Positions 9,169-17,617 of a DNA stretch of 64,000 nt are shown piece after piece (within the stretch, counting starts at the first letter, position 1; each line of letters opens with the position of its first letter). Made by a program: the position numbers and the translations under genes. The DNA comes from an uncultured Candidatus Saccharibacteria bacterium. Its GTDB lineage: Bacteria > Patescibacteriota > UBA1384 > DTJR01. The stretch covers positions 53,305 through 117,304 of the forward strand of contig CAZAOT010000002.1 of NCBI GenBank assembly GCA_964487045.1, in the 5' to 3' direction. The notes under the pieces were generated by a model, which was not told the DNA's origin, did no database searches, and was given only the letters and a program-made list of their open reading frames with translations.

Positions 9169-9721
9169 CTTGCCCAGCTCCTTTCAGTACTTGCTCCATA
9201 CGTCTGAGCATCTCCACAGCTATCATGTTCTCATTTGCCTGACTTACTCGAAATACACACTCAAAAGTCTCTGTGTGGATCCGAGCAATTTCGTCTTCTG
9301 CAGCAGCCAGTCTCTCTCTGATCTCGTCCTCGGTTTCCGTTGCGCGATAGTCGCGCAGCCTTGTCTCGAGAAACTTGATGTCTTCAGGCAGTACAGCAAT
9401 ACGATATATCTCCCAGCTACACGAGGAAGCGCGCGATACGTTACTTACGTGCAACTCCGTCACGTATGACCCGCGCGGGTCGATCTCGCTAACCAACAGA
9501 CCATATCTACTACCGTATAGTTCGTGATCAAAGAGAATGCCACCGCTTTTAAGTATTCGTGCGAACGCTTCATCGTCCATGCAAACTCGGCCAGTTTCGC
9601 CGTCACGAGGGAGTCGAGTTGTGGCCCAACTCAACTCTTTCACATCGGGATAGGCCTCGATCAGTTTCCTTTTCAGGAAACCTTTACCAACCCCAGAAGG
9701 GCCAGTAAATGAGATAATCAT
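9161..9721 (-). CDS. gmk: Guanylate kinase (GC-rich copy)
   Basis: P-loop ISFTGPSGVGKG and the ATTRLPRDGE (TTRxPRxGE) motif; overlaps the upstream gene by 8 nt (operon). Confidence 0.8.
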   Translation of the reverse strand: MIISFTGPSGVGKGFLKRKLIEAYPDVKELSWATTRLPRDGETGRVCMDDEAFARILKSGGILFDHELYGSRYGLLVSEIDPRGSYVTELHVSNVSRASSCSWEIYRIAVLPEDIKFLETRLRDYRATETEDEIRERLAAAEDEIARIHTETFECVFRVSQANENMIAVEMLRRMEQVLKGAGQDD

Positions 9722-9868
9722 TCAACTCACCCTTTCAAGGAGCTATATTCGTATACACGAATAAATAGTTATACTTCAGCATGGTTGAAAAGTCAATCAA
9801 ACAATTTACAATCCCTTATAAACTCCCCAGAAAATGATACGATTAGATTGTAAATTAATCGGATTATT

Positions 9869-10858
9869 ATGAATGATAAAAATTTTCAGAAAAATGTAGA
9901 AAGACTAATCGATCCAGTCAGTGTCGGATCTATTCACTTTGCTCAGACTTTCAATCAAAAGCTACCCAAGTCAGTGCAGACAAAACTAATCGAATCTTCA
10001 TCAAAAACTATTTCTTCGATGGGTTTTGTGGTTGAGCCATACAGCTCGTTTCTATGCTACGAAATAATTGATCTTGAAAAAGCCAAAGAACTTCTCCCAA
10101 GAGGCTTTAAAATGATTAAAACAAGAATATTCGACGATGATGAGCCCAAATATTATTCAATTTTCGGCTGCTTCAGGGCCCATACGAGTGCATTCTGGGG
10201 ACTTAGGAACGAGTTTTATATCATTGCTGAGAATGAATCTACTGGACTTTTGAGCTGGATAATTGTCGATTATGATTCGGACACTATCAGCTACGATAAA
10301 GCTAGTGGCTTAAGGCCACCAAACGCTCCCAGGTCAGTTGTGACCACAGACTGCAAAGGCTTTGTTTTGGTAGATATCAAAAATCCCGAGCTTAACCGTC
10401 AAATGATTTTCAGTCTTAAAGTCGAAAACGGAGTGCATAAGAAGCTCGATCAAAGACTTTGGCTTGAGGGTAATTTATCAATTGGATACGGTAAAGTCTT
10501 GTCGAAAAATAACGCTGACATATTCTCTCTCAAATTCGAGCCCTGCGAAGTCGAGAAAGCACTTAAAATTGACGACAAAGATCTAGAGCTGGAGTCAAAC
10601 ACCTGGTATCCCGGCTTGATTGCCGAGCAGCCTAGCCAGATCGTTTGTTTTCCTTATGCACAGCATTTCGTTTCTGACAGCCCGGGATTTTCTAGCAATA
10701 TAAAAGATAGAGATGAGTTAATTGATGCAGTCACAAAAATTGATTTCAATAAAATCAAAGTAATGTCACCGAAGTCATTTCAGCAGATGATTGTCGTAGG
10801 TAGCGCTGTTTCTTTTGTGATTACAATTATTTTGATAATTCTACTAATAATTAAATAA
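9869..10858 (+). CDS. Hypothetical protein with a C-terminal transmembrane anchor
   Basis: 329-aa ORF with a C-terminal hydrophobic helix (IVVGSAVSFVITIILIILLII), followed by hairpins. Confidence 0.5.
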   Translation: MNDKNFQKNVERLIDPVSVGSIHFAQTFNQKLPKSVQTKLIESSSKTISSMGFVVEPYSSFLCYEIIDLEKAKELLPRGFKMIKTRIFDDDEPKYYSIFGCFRAHTSAFWGLRNEFYIIAENESTGLLSWIIVDYDSDTISYDKASGLRPPNAPRSVVTTDCKGFVLVDIKNPELNRQMIFSLKVENGVHKKLDQRLWLEGNLSIGYGKVLSKNNADIFSLKFEPCEVEKALKIDDKDLELESNTWYPGLIAEQPSQIVCFPYAQHFVSDSPGFSSNIKDRDELIDAVTKIDFNKIKVMSPKSFQQMIVVGSAVSFVITIILIILLIIK

Positions 10859-10902
10859 TATAAATTTCTGATTTGGCGAGCTAGAAGCTCGCGCTTATAT
10901 TG

Positions 10903-10946
10903 AAAACCCCAAGAACTTGTTGCGGGCAAGTTCCTAGGTTTTCAAA
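10903..10946 (+). terminator. Intrinsic terminator after the 9869-10858 gene
   Basis: AAAACC..AAGAACTTG-TTGCGGG-CAAGTTCCT..GGTTTT long imperfect hairpin ending in a T-run. Confidence 0.55.
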
Positions 10947-11100
10947 CTTTCCTGACCTCAACACGCTTCAGGGACTACTCAAATTTTTTCTTACTGATGA
11001 GCCTCGCCCTGACAAGTTTGCAGGGCTACTCATCTAGCGAAAAAATTCTCACTTTATTTGTTGTTTGGATAATTCAAAATTAACCAAACTATAAGTAAAA

Positions 11101-11133
11101 GAAAAACCCCCGGACGCAAGCGGCCGGGGTTTG
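11101..11133. terminator. Bidirectional GC-rich terminator
   Basis: CCCCGG-ACGCAAGCGG-CCGGGG hairpin with A-run and T-run flanks, directly downstream of the minus-strand gene 11151-11438. Confidence 0.7.
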
Positions 11134-11150
11134 TAGCGACAGGTCCTCTG

Positions 11151-11438
11151 TCAGAGCGTAGGCAGTACCACGCGAAAAAACGTGATAGTTGCCATGACAG
11201 CAGGGACGCTGAAGCCAATCAGCGCGACCAGCTTCGTGAGCGTTCGTGGGGTCGCCTGCAGGAACCCTCTCAGCCAACTCGTGAAGACAAAGGCATTCGC
11301 AGAGATCTGCAGGATAGCCGTGGCCAACCTCCACTCCTCATGATTACTGAGGTAGAAATTGGCCAGCACGAACATCGTCAATCCCGTCAGACCTGACAAG
11401 ATCATCAGGATTCTGACACTGCGACTAATTCCGGCCAT
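11151..11438 (-). CDS. Small GC-rich integral membrane protein (3 TM helices)
   Basis: 95-aa hydrophobic ORF in a ~55% GC patch; the overlapping ORF 11089-11334 is judged spurious. Confidence 0.45.
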   Translation of the reverse strand: MAGISRSVRILMILSGLTGLTMFVLANFYLSNHEEWRLATAILQISANAFVFTSWLRGFLQATPRTLTKLVALIGFSVPAVMATITFFRVVLPTL

Positions 11439-11509
11439 TTTCTCACTTCCAGTGATTGGCGCAGAATGTTGGATAATATCATATTTTTAGCAAAAAGTCA
11501 ATGCTAGAA

Positions 11510-11542
11510 TCCTTGCGTATCAGGTTAAAAAGTTCTATTATT
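11510..11542 (+). promoter_or_regulatory. Copy 1 of an identical 33-bp promoter-like module (TTGCGT-17 bp-TATTAT)
   Basis: TCCTTGCGTATCAGGTTAAAAAGTTCTATTATT is an exact match to 12484-12516. -35-like TTGCGT 11513-11518, 17-bp spacer, -10-like TATTAT 11536-11541. Confidence 0.45.
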
Positions 11543-11665
11543 GAGTTAATGTGTTGGCCAATAATATATTAAATTGATGACAGATATGTCGGAAAAATTT
11601 ATTGAGAGCAATAATTGATCAATAATTTGAATAAAATACGATGTATGGATTTTACAGGATCTGCA

Positions 11666-11694
11666 TTGACAGAATCTAGCTTTTTTGATATTAT
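11666..11694 (+). promoter_or_regulatory. Near-consensus sigma70-type promoter upstream of the NYN gene
   Basis: TTGACA (11666-11671), 17-bp spacer, TATTAT (11689-11694). Followed by hairpin ACCCGCC(11711-11717)/GGCGGGT(11729-11735) plus TTTT in the leader. Confidence 0.45.
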
Positions 11695-11753
11695 GTACTT
11701 AGCTAAAAACACCCGCCCTGCTATGCACGGCGGGTTTTATATTAAGGGGAAAT

Positions 11754-12317
11754 ATGAGTTCTAAAGAGAGGGTGGGAATATTTATTGATGGCAGTAATCT
11801 GTATCACAAGCTGAAAAATAAAGAAATAAATATTAAGAACACAGGTAGATTTGATTTTTGTGAATTCTGTAATTGGTTAGCACGCGATAGGGAGATTATT
11901 TTCAAAGCATATTATATCGGAGTTGTACGAGCTAAGGCTGACGACAAGAAAGCTCAGAACATGCGAAAAAGCCAACAGAAATTGTTTTCTCATTTATGCA
12001 GCAAATCACAAAATTTTGTTGTTAGACGTGGGTTTATGATGAAAAACGACGGTGCATTTCATAAAAAAGGAGTCGATGTACACCTAGCCACAGACCTATT
12101 AGTTGGTGCGTACGAGGATTTGTGGGATACGGCAATAATCGTTTCCTCAGATACAGACTTAATTCCAGCGATTGAAAAAGTTAAACAGATCGGAAAGAAA
12201 GTCGAATATATCGGCTTCGCTCATCTGCCCAGTTTTGGCCTGCAGAAATATGCATCACTATCCCGGCTCTTGATAAAAGAAGATGTTCAGGCTTTTGAGT
12301 ACAAAAATGAAAGATAA
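11754..12317 (+). CDS. NYN-domain (LabA/DUF88-like) predicted RNase
   Basis: VGIFIDGSNL, GVDVHLATDLL and IVSSDTDL motifs of the NYN/LabA fold. Confidence 0.75.
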   Translation: MSSKERVGIFIDGSNLYHKLKNKEINIKNTGRFDFCEFCNWLARDREIIFKAYYIGVVRAKADDKKAQNMRKSQQKLFSHLCSKSQNFVVRRGFMMKNDGAFHKKGVDVHLATDLLVGAYEDLWDTAIIVSSDTDLIPAIEKVKQIGKKVEYIGFAHLPSFGLQKYASLSRLLIKEDVQAFEYKNER

Positions 12318-12483
12318 GTGCCTTGTTCAATTGGAGATAGAGAAAAAGTTGAAAATAGTATTAAAAGCGGGAGGCGTCACCAGCAGCACGTAGCTTTCGG
12401 TTCGTTTCTCCCTCTTAATTAACTATAATTTATTCATTTTATCAACTTTTGTCAATATTTAGATTAAAAATATATTATATATT

Positions 12484-12516
12484 TCCTTGCGTATCAGGTT
12501 AAAAAGTTCTATTATT
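12484..12516 (+). promoter_or_regulatory. Copy 2 of the 33-bp promoter-like module, upstream of the small membrane protein / hsdM operon
   Basis: Exact duplicate of 11510-11542, 33 nt upstream of the ATG at 12549. Confidence 0.45.
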
Positions 12517-12548
12517 AGCCAAGAAGTTAGTAATTAAATTTATTTTTT

Positions 12549-12809
12549 ATGGATAGAATCGAGAAATTAGAAGAAGAGATTCAGCTGATTAAAAAACGAA
12601 ACACTTCGGTTGAGCTGGATAAGCAGTGGGAAACCAGCTGGACGAGAAGGGGACTGATCGCACTTTTCACTTACTTAGCAATCTCGCTTTATATGCTTGC
12701 AATTAACATCGACCGACCGTTTCTCAACGCCATCGTCCCAACCGTCGGCTTCATGCTCTCAACCTTGACTTTGCCGTGGTTTAAAAAGATGTGGATAAAA
12801 AATAAATGA
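12549..12809 (+). CDS. Small membrane protein (2 TM) heading the RM operon
   Basis: 86-aa ORF with an N-terminal coiled segment and two hydrophobic helices. Confidence 0.45.
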   Translation: MDRIEKLEEEIQLIKKRNTSVELDKQWETSWTRRGLIALFTYLAISLYMLAINIDRPFLNAIVPTVGFMLSTLTLPWFKKMWIKNK

Positions 12810-12902
12810 ATATCGACTATAAAGAATTAGAAAAGTTTTTGTATAACGCCAATTTAGTCTTTGAGCAAAATTTTATTGGTGGGATAATTGTGGGGAGGAA
12901 TA

Positions 12903-14483
12903 ATGACCGATGATCAAAAAAGAAATTTAGAAAAGCAGCTCTGGGGTGTCGCGAATGTGCTGCGCGGTAAGATGAATGCCGATGAGTACAAGAACTACAT
13001 TCTCGGCTTTATTTTTTATAAGTATCTTTCTGAAAAGCTGGAAAATTTTGTTGATGAAAAGTTGCTAAAAGGCGACGGAATAAAATTTTCAGATATTAAA
13101 GAAAATACAAAAGAGGGGCAAGAATACATTACTAGCATAAAAAAGCGCTGTTTAAACGAACTTGGCTTTTTTCTTATGCCGACCGAATTATTCTCCTACT
13201 TGGTAAAAAAGGGCAAAGGCGATTTGAAAACCGACGGCAATTTCATTCTCGAAGATCTAAAAAGTGTTTTAAACAAAATCGAACAAACATCTCAAAATAC
13301 TGACTCGGAAGATGACTTCAAGGGGTTGTTTGCGGACGTATCACTAACTTCAGACAAACTGGGCAATGGTGAAAATAAAAAGAATGAAACAATTGTCGAT
13401 GTGCTGTCTTTATTAGATGAAATTGACTTCAAACTAGATGATGCAAAAAGTGATCTTTTGGGTGATGCTTATGAATACCTAATCGGCCAATTTGCTGCCG
13501 GTGCTGGCAAAAAAGGCGGTGAATTCTACACCCCGGCACAAGTTTCTCGACTTTTAGCCCAAATTGTGACCGAAGGGAAAAGCCGTATCCGCTCTGCATA
13601 TGACGCAACTTGCGGCTCGGGTTCTTTGCTTTTGCGCCTTCGCGAATTTTCTCAAGTAGATGATTATTACGGTCAAGAGCTAAACCCGACAACCTACAAC
13701 CTCGCCCGCATGAATATGATTCTTCACGGCGTTCACTTTGATCACTTCAATATCAAACAAGGCGATACGTTGACAAACGATCTGCATCCGGATCTTAAAG
13801 CCGAAGCAATTGTTGCTAATCCGCCATTTTCTGCTGAATGGAAGGGCGAAAAAGATCCCGCACTTGTCCAGGATGAGAGATTTGCGCAATATGGACGACT
13901 CGCTCCAAATAAAAGAGCTGACTATGCTTTCGTAACTCACATGATTCATCACTTAGCTGATAATGGCATAATGGCAATTTTGCTTCCTCATGGTGTGCTT
14001 TTTGCCGGCTCTGCTAATTTAACAATTCGCCGATATATCATTGAGAAATTAAATTATTTAGATGCAGTAATAGGGTTGCCGGCCAATTTATTTTATAATG
14101 TCGGGATACCTGCATGCATTTTAGTGTTCAAAAAATGCCGCAAACAAGACGGCGATATTCTCTTTATCGATGCGTCACGAGAGTTCGCTAAAGGCAAGAA
14201 TCAAAACCACCTGACAAGCGAAAACCTTGCCAAGATATTTGAAACTTACAAAGACCGCAAAGAAGTCGATAAATATTCGCACAAGGCAACACTCGATGAA
14301 ATCAAAGAAAACGACTTCAATCTAAATATTCCTCGTTATGTCGATACCTTCGAACCAGAACCGGAAATTAACCTCAACGAAGTCGTCACCGAAATCAAAA
14401 AGATCGACACCGACATGATCGAAGTCGATAAAAAAATCACAGAATATTGCAAGGAATTAAATATAAAATCACCTTTTCAATAA
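12903..14483 (+). CDS. hsdM: Type I restriction-modification system methyltransferase subunit
   Basis: HsdM N-terminal domain (LWGVANVLRGKMNADEYKNYILGFIFYKYLSE), AdoMet motif I (DATCGSGSLL) and motif IV NPPF (IVANPPFS). GGGGAGG RBS before the ATG at 12903. Confidence 0.9.
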   Translation: MTDDQKRNLEKQLWGVANVLRGKMNADEYKNYILGFIFYKYLSEKLENFVDEKLLKGDGIKFSDIKENTKEGQEYITSIKKRCLNELGFFLMPTELFSYLVKKGKGDLKTDGNFILEDLKSVLNKIEQTSQNTDSEDDFKGLFADVSLTSDKLGNGENKKNETIVDVLSLLDEIDFKLDDAKSDLLGDAYEYLIGQFAAGAGKKGGEFYTPAQVSRLLAQIVTEGKSRIRSAYDATCGSGSLLLRLREFSQVDDYYGQELNPTTYNLARMNMILHGVHFDHFNIKQGDTLTNDLHPDLKAEAIVANPPFSAEWKGEKDPALVQDERFAQYGRLAPNKRADYAFVTHMIHHLADNGIMAILLPHGVLFAGSANLTIRRYIIEKLNYLDAVIGLPANLFYNVGIPACILVFKKCRKQDGDILFIDASREFAKGKNQNHLTSENLAKIFETYKDRKEVDKYSHKATLDEIKENDFNLNIPRYVDTFEPEPEINLNEVVTEIKKIDTDMIEVDKKITEYCKELNIKSPFQ

Positions 14484-14484
14484 A

Positions 14485-15042
14485 ATGAAGAACCCCGAAA
14501 ATTACGATGCAATTCGAATTGATGGAATAATTTGGAAGATACAAGGATCTGAAGTTATTCCAATTTGCCCAAAAGATAATTTACAAATGTACCCAGTTAA
14601 TAATTCTCGTTTTGGATGGGAAGATGATATTTATAATCGTAGTAATATTCTAAAATGCCTAGATGATCATTTTGTCGAGATGAAAAGGGGCTATGGTGAT
14701 GAGATACGCTATATCACTGACCGTTTAAAGGCCAGGGATCTTAAAAATATTAAAATTTTAAACCTTGATGATGAAGCTATGCCGATTGCAAAAGCAAATT
14801 CGAAAACAACCGATAATAAATATTCGGCAACTATTCAAGTAATGGAATCAAAGCGTGGATTGCAGGTTGTCGTTTACGCTGGAAAAAAGGGTGGCAAAAA
14901 TACACAAATTTTCGTAGAGCCGGAAGCGAAAAAGATGAGTTTTGATCATAATGATGCACACCCCAGTGAAATCTTTACTGAAATTACTGCGAAATTTCAA
15001 GACGGTACTTCCAGCACAATTAAAAAAAATGACAAAAATTAA
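14485..15042 (+). CDS. Hypothetical protein embedded between hsdM and hsdS
   Basis: 185-aa ORF starting 1 nt after the hsdM stop and overlapping the hsdS start by 12 nt; no recognisable motif. Confidence 0.5.
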   Translation: MKNPENYDAIRIDGIIWKIQGSEVIPICPKDNLQMYPVNNSRFGWEDDIYNRSNILKCLDDHFVEMKRGYGDEIRYITDRLKARDLKNIKILNLDDEAMPIAKANSKTTDNKYSATIQVMESKRGLQVVVYAGKKGGKNTQIFVEPEAKKMSFDHNDAHPSEIFTEITAKFQDGTSSTIKKNDKN

Positions 15043-16255
15043 CACCCCAAAACTTAGATTCAAGGAATTCACTGACGAGTGGCAAGAAAAAAAGCTCTGC
15101 GATGTTTTGTTGTGTATTGTGGATAATCGTGGAAAAACACCTGGATTATCCAGCAGGGGAATTCCCTTGATAGAAGTAAATGCAATGGGTGCAAAGAAAG
15201 TTGATTATTTTGGTATCAACAAATATGTCAGCGATGAAACTTATGAAAAATGGTTTAGAAAGCATATTTCAGAGGGAGATGTATTATTCAGCACGGTCGG
15301 AAAGACAGCGGTATGTTCTACTTATAGCGGGGACAAAAAAGCTGCAATTGCTCAAAATATTGTTGGCCTGAGAGCAAATCATCAAAATTCTGCAAACTTT
15401 TTATATTATTTATTAATTGAACCTAGTAATAATAATAAATTTAAGAAAATAGAAATGACTGCTGTTCAGCCAAGCGTTAAAGTTTCTCAAATGATTCACC
15501 TAAAATTTAATCTGCCTCAGAAGCCCGAGCAGCAAAAAATTGCTGATTTTTTAGGAGCGGTGGATGAGAAGATTGAAAAATTGGAAGAAAAGAAAAAGGC
15601 ATTTGAAAAATACAAAAAAGGCATTATGCAGGCAATTTTCAGCCAAATGATTCGTTTCAAAAAACCCGACGGCTCAAATTTTCCGGATTGGGAAGAAAAG
15701 AAATTAGGAGAAATTGGTGAATTTTATCGTGGCCACAGCTACACGGCTGCTAACGTTAAAGTCGAGGGTTTCCTTGTGCTTAGGTCAAATAATATCCAAG
15801 GAAATAAATTAATAATCAATCGCGATCTTCAATTTGTTAACAAGCCTTTTGGTAAACAAATAGCGCTGAGAAAAGATGACATAGCAATATGCATGGCAAA
15901 CGGTAGTAAGCAACTGGTCGGCAAATCAGCTGTGTATGATGGGGATTACAACGGTCCCGCTACAGTTGGCGCATTTTGCTCAATTTATCGATCAAAATGT
16001 TTATTAGCCAAATATTTATTTGAATTGTCAAAGTACGACCGGGAGATTGAACTTCTCCTAAGCGGCACCAACATCAACAATTTAAAAAACTCGGATTTAG
16101 CGAGTATAGGATTCAAATTACCCACATCATTTGAAGAACAAGAAAAAATTGCAGAGTTTTTGTTTACGTTAGATAATAAAATCAATTTAATAAATAGCCT
16201 GCTGGAGCAGACAAAACTTTTCAAAAAATCATTGCTGCAAAGGATGTTTGTATGA
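15031..16255 (+). CDS. hsdS: Type I RM specificity subunit with two target-recognition domains
   Basis: N-terminal PKLRFKEFTDEWQEKKL, central conserved coiled region (QQKIADFLGAVDEKIEKLEEKKKAFEKYKKGIMQAIF) and a second half with the same architecture. The ATG at 15031 is the likely start. Confidence 0.85.
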
Positions 16256-16515
16256 AACCCGAAAACTATGAGCAGCTAAATACGGTTCATTTAGATGACC
16301 TTGATCGTCTGTTGAATTCATGTGGCATAAATTCAGAATACAAACAAAAAAAGGTTAAGTGCAAATTTTGCAAAAACACAATCGACAGTAATAATGTTTA
16401 TTCTGTATTCAAGGATTCAGGTTCTTACAAATTAATATGTGACCGACCAGAATGTATTCAGTCACTACTACAACTTGTTAATGAGCGGAAGAAAAAGGAG
16501 TGCGGTAATGAATGA
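16252..16515 (+). CDS. Small Cys-rich (zinc-ribbon-like) protein embedded in the RM operon
   Basis: 87 aa, CKFCKN...CDRPEC. The ATG overlaps the hsdS stop (ATGA) and the ORF overlaps the next ORF by 8 nt. Confidence 0.4.
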   Translation: MKPENYEQLNTVHLDDLDRLLNSCGINSEYKQKKVKCKFCKNTIDSNNVYSVFKDSGSYKLICDRPECIQSLLQLVNERKKKECGNE

Positions 16516-17617
16516 TGCTTGGAAGTATTTATCGGGATTTGGTTCAGGAACATTTATTACAATAGTTATTGCGTATATCCTTTTTAAGAACCCCGAGGTC
16601 GTCAAGAAATGGGGTGCAATATTCTACGATCTTCTATCAAGAATATTTGATAAGTATAAATATAAATCCGAAAAGTATAGAATCGAAACAAAGCTCAATA
16701 GCTTCGTTGATGATCTCTCTAGAGATTCCGACATCGATCCAACTAAAGTAAGGATTCAATGGGCGGCTAGAGAGGAGGATGAGAAATGTTTAGTTAATGA
16801 TAATGACGTAATTATTGTTATGCGCGATAGAGAACACAAACATAGAAACTTTGTTCACGCAGCATATTTTTTTACATCCAACATGCTGCTCTGGAGAACA
16901 AAAAGACACATTTCAAAAAAACAAGGGCAAGCGATCGATATATACACAGCAAAAAAAATCATAGAGAAAGACCCTGTTTCGCTAAGGATTTATTTAGAGA
17001 ATTATTTTCAGCCACTTCTTGAAGATGCTGACGTTAATAAGTTGGTAAAAAAATTCGTCGAAATTGATAAGTCGGGATTTTATACTAATATTCTTCTAAC
17101 TGAATTATCTTCCCTTGGTTATAAAACACTTTTGGACGCAAAGGACAGCGACATCGTAGTTGAGGCAAAACTTCTCATTGAATTTCTCTATAATTTTGCA
17201 AACCGCGAACTTGGTGATGAGCAAACTGAAGATACCTTCATCGGAAAATATTCTAGGTGCTCTATTAAGATTGTTTCTACAATTACACTCAGAATCCTCG
17301 ATCGAGTTGAGTCTCCAGCGAAAAGAATTCTCGACGCTTTTTCCAGAGGTCTAGAAAATGTGTACATTATTGGACCTTACGGTGAATATGGCAAGGTTTT
17401 TATTGACAAAGTAATAGATAAGGTAATTTCATCAAATGAAAATCTGGTAGTTTGTCAAAAAAGAAAATTTACTGGCTGTATTAAAAAGGATGGCGAGAAG
17501 ATTTCGATATTAACATATTTTGCTCATATTCAGAATCCTAAACAGATATCCTATTTAATTACTGATGATATGACAGAGAGAATTGAAAAATTTAAAACTG
17601 AGGCTGTTGAAAAATGA
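16508..17617 (+). CDS. Hypothetical ~370-aa protein with N-terminal TM helix, embedded between hsdS and hsdR
   Basis: GGAG RBS 8 nt upstream of the ATG at 16508. N-terminal hydrophobic helix (FGSGTFITIVIAYILF). No P-loop or known nuclease motif seen. The stop overlaps the hsdR ATG (ATGA). Confidence 0.5.
   Translation: MNDAWKYLSGFGSGTFITIVIAYILFKNPEVVKKWGAIFYDLLSRIFDKYKYKSEKYRIETKLNSFVDDLSRDSDIDPTKVRIQWAAREEDEKCLVNDNDVIIVMRDREHKHRNFVHAAYFFTSNMLLWRTKRHISKKQGQAIDIYTAKKIIEKDPVSLRIYLENYFQPLLEDADVNKLVKKFVEIDKSGFYTNILLTELSSLGYKTLLDAKDSDIVVEAKLLIEFLYNFANRELGDEQTEDTFIGKYSRCSIKIVSTITLRILDRVESPAKRILDAFSRGLENVYIIGPYGEYGKVFIDKVIDKVISSNENLVVCQKRKFTGCIKKDGEKISILTYFAHIQNPKQISYLITDDMTERIEKFKTEAVEK

Noticed and set aside
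10872-10894. Third GCGAGC...GCTCGC hairpin (10875-10894) similar to the terminal hairpin of the 228-bp repeats
   Set aside because: Only the 6-bp stem is shared and the flanks are unrelated. Most likely a coincidental GC clamp in a terminator region.
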